Origin: an uncultured Chthoniobacter sp.
GTDB taxonomy: Bacteria; Verrucomicrobiota; Verrucomicrobiia; Chthoniobacterales; JACTMZ01
Reading direction: 5' to 3'
Assembly (NCBI GenBank): GCA_964609925.1
Contig: CAZSUJ010000004.1
Coordinates: 9,534 to 73,533, forward strand
Length of the DNA: 64,000 bases
Of this stretch, positions 63,427 to 64,000 are shown piece by piece. A program made the position numbers and the translations under genes. Below the pieces are notes generated by a model. The model searched no databases. It was not told where the DNA came from and saw only the letters and a program-made list of their open reading frames with translations. How positions within the stretch are numbered: position 1 is the stretch's first letter; each line of letters begins with the position of its first letter.

Positions 63427-63699
63427 ATGCACCACCACTCGTGGCTGCTCTTCTTTTCCTCGACCGCCTACCCGCCGGCCGCCCAAGCCATCGCGGCCTG
63501 CCTGGCCGACCGGATCATCATCCCCAAGACCGCCGGCAGCGACACCGTGCGGGTTTGCATCCCGGCCGCCGACATGCACCGCATCCTCCGGCACGAGCTC
63601 CGATGCTTCGTCAGCCTCAGCGCCCAGATCGGCTGCTCCGCCTCGGAGGCCATGCAGTCGCTGTGGGATTCCTTCGACCTGCTTTTTGGAGCAGACTGA
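63427..63699 (+). CDS. Hypothetical small protein (90 aa)
   Basis: This frame has a very strong GC3 bias. By eye nearly all third positions are G/C, much stronger than the overlapping minus-strand frame. No family recognised. Confidence 0.4.
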   Translation: MHHHSWLLFFSSTAYPPAAQAIAACLADRIIIPKTAGSDTVRVCIPAADMHRILRHELRCFVSLSAQIGCSASEAMQSLWDSFDLLFGAD

Positions 63700-64000
63700 C
63701 TTCGACCCGAGCGAGGGAGCCAGAGCCTTCAGCATGGCACTGCGGCACCGCAGGACCCATGCTCCAGCCGGGGCAAGGAGACCCAACCTGTCGAGAACCC
63801 CGATGCGCTCGGCGCGGCTGAGCTTCTTCCAACTCCTCTCAGTGGCCTCGCCCAGTTCGTCAGTGAAATCGCACCACAACTCGAAGTCGGAGATCACGCC
63901 CTCGGCGCTGTAGCCCTCCGGATTGTTGACGCCCTCGGCGAACCGCCTCCGGCTCTGTTCACGGGCGCGCTTTTCAAAGTGGGCCAGAAGCGAGGTCCGA
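63700..64000 (-). CDS. Partial hypothetical gene entering from the right edge (3' end uncertain)
   Basis: The minus frame ...SLLAHFEKRAREQSRRRFAEGVNNPEGYSAEGVISDFELWCDFTDELGEATERSWKKLSRAERIGVLDRLGLL... is GC3-rich and protein-like. It has no stop until 63229, so it runs antisense through 63427..63699. Confidence 0.3.

Noticed and set aside
1-64000. Scan for CRISPR arrays, tRNA/rRNA genes, IS elements, integrases, toxin-antitoxin or defence-system signatures
   Set aside because: I could see no short regularly spaced direct repeats, no cloverleaf-like intergenic sequences, and no transposase, integrase, nuclease or ATPase defence motifs. All intergenic gaps are under 400 bp. This is an eyeball-only scan, so small ncRNAs could have been missed.

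Overview
Visibly GC-rich, GC3-biased DNA that is almost entirely coding. I recognise no rRNA, tRNA, CRISPR array, transposase or integrase. I call about 35 genes.

Taxonomy (inference only): the content points to a PVC-type genome, most likely Verrucomicrobiota of the Opitutaceae kind. The basis is giant PATR (autotransporter-associated beta-strand repeat) proteins with no barrel, PEP-CTERM tails, prepilin-like H-X9-DG proteins, and an OprB porin with ABC import instead of SusC/D.

The window is a mosaic of glycan, probably sulfated-glycan, degradation loci. Left to right:
- 473-3302: two tandem sulfatases.
- 3299-10966: an AraR-type regulator divergent from a GH42 beta-galactosidase, a prepilin-like protein, and a ~1,137-aa CBM32/ricin/GH128-like enzyme.
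- 10997-12280: an OprB-type porin.
- 12419-20923: a 2,834-codon ORF joining a HAF-like repeat protein, an internal PEP-CTERM signal and a GH81-like enzyme.
- 21320-27684: a 1,617-aa metzincin-PKD-PATR protein and a TAT sulfatase.
- 49571 down to 27691: a ~22-kb minus-strand operon-like block. It holds a prepilin-like H-X9-DG protein, two secreted beta-helix enzymes, a carbohydrate ABC importer, a cytoplasmic beta-helix enzyme, a PATR protein, two signal-less sulfatases, a CE7-like esterase and a GH36/raffinose-synthase-like enzyme.
- 49648-53853: a second AraR-type regulator with a CBM-like protein and a PhoD-like protein.
- 53991-56423: a PATR/PEP-CTERM protein.
- 56554-62364: a decayed sulfatase pseudogene, an intact sulfatase and a GH116-like enzyme.
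- 62445-64000: a region with a confused reading frame.

Most interesting points:
- the internal PEP-CTERM fusion junction;
- a ~110-130-aa TSP3-like plus beta-rich module present five times;
- a chimeric PATR + beta-helix gene built from paralogues of its neighbours;
- a trio of related beta-helix, GH110-like enzymes;
- operator-like inverted repeats;
- cytoplasmic sulfatases coupled to ABC import.

All family names come from motifs read by eye. No database search was run.
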